A stretch of 15,197 nt of DNA from Hadesarchaea archaeon (GTDB lineage Archaea; Hadarchaeota; Hadarchaeia; Hadarchaeales; WYZ-LMO6), in assembly GCA_029259185.1 (NCBI GenBank), contig JAPDJF010000025.1, forward strand, positions 1 through 15,197. Reading direction: 5' to 3'. The number at the start of each line of letters is the position of its first letter. The stretch's first letter is position 1. Position numbers and translations under genes: made by a program. The notes under the pieces were generated by a model. It did not search any database, was not told the origin of the DNA, and was given only the letters and a program-made list of their open reading frames with translations. Positions 14,893-15,197 of the stretch are shown piece by piece.

Positions 14893-15197
14893 TACAAATT
14901 GATGGTACTAATGAGAATGAAGGAGGCCGCCGAGTACACGGGATTACACCCCCATACGCTACGGAAGTACATCGATCAAGGAGTGATAAGGGGAGTGAGG
15001 ATTGGAAAACATCGATACGTGGAGAAGGCGGAGCTGGACAGATTGATGGGTGTTGTGGAAAGAAGACCCGCCGGAGTGGCCATTTACGCGAGGGTCTCGG
15101 CAAAGAAACAGCAGGATGCCGGGAACCTGAACAGGCAGAGAGAAAGGCTGCTGAGCTACTGCGTAACAAACAAACTGGAAGTCGTCGATGTAATCGA
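14860..15197 (+). mobile_element. IS607-family element, left part; left boundary approximate (14857-14873)
   Basis: IS607 tnpA preceded by an AT-rich stretch with short direct repeats (ACAAAT x2, ACAGTT), as expected for IS607 ends. Confidence 0.75.
14902..15197 (+). CDS. tnpA: IS607-family transposase TnpA (MerR-like HTH plus serine recombinase), 3'-truncated by the window edge
   Basis: Own translation: MVLMRMKEAAEYTGLHPHTLRKYIDQGVIRGVRIGKHRYVEKAELDRLMG...VAIYARVSAKKQQDAGNLNRQRERL. HTH followed by the catalytic YARVS. Confidence 0.95.
   Translation, partial: MVLMRMKEAAEYTGLHPHTLRKYIDQGVIRGVRIGKHRYVEKAELDRLMGVVERRPAGVAIYARVSAKKQQDAGNLNRQRERLLSYCVTNKLEVVDVI

Noticed and set aside
257-15169. 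Remaining antisense or nested ORFs in the track
   Set aside because: They lie within confidently assigned genes and show no protein motifs.

Overview
Archaeal genomic segment (group II chaperonin, Rpo6/RpoK, FEN1 with PIP box, CarS, TATA/BRE promoters, GGTGA-type SD sites). The lineage cannot be fixed from the sequence alone. The window starts inside the 3' end of an IS200/IS605-family tnpB (RuvC-III motif, right end ...TAGTTGAC at 127) and ends inside an IS607-family serine-recombinase tnpA. Between them lie mostly housekeeping and envelope genes: COG2426 membrane protein, Toprim protein, a 56-aa 4xCxxC protein missing from the ORF track, phosphoribosyltransferase, carS, HemN-like radical SAM, FMN glutamate-synthase-family protein, thermosome, rpoK, fen, pcm, DUF371, Trm112-like, B12 radical SAM, flippase-like membrane protein and a GT4 glycosyltransferase. 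The most interesting unexplained structures are: (i) a ~330-bp transposase-less element (left-end hairpin, hairpin-dense core, ~92%-identical second copy of the tnpB omegaRNA/right end) that could act as an orphan guide-RNA locus; (ii) a second IS605-type remnant that keeps an intact promoter-driven ribbon-helix-helix gene but only 18 codons of tnpB; (iii) a 24-bp imperfect direct repeat with dif-like arms bracketing the radical SAM/glutamate-synthase pair; (iv) a ~300-nt structured leader before the GT4 gene. All family assignments come from motif recognition by eye, not database searches.
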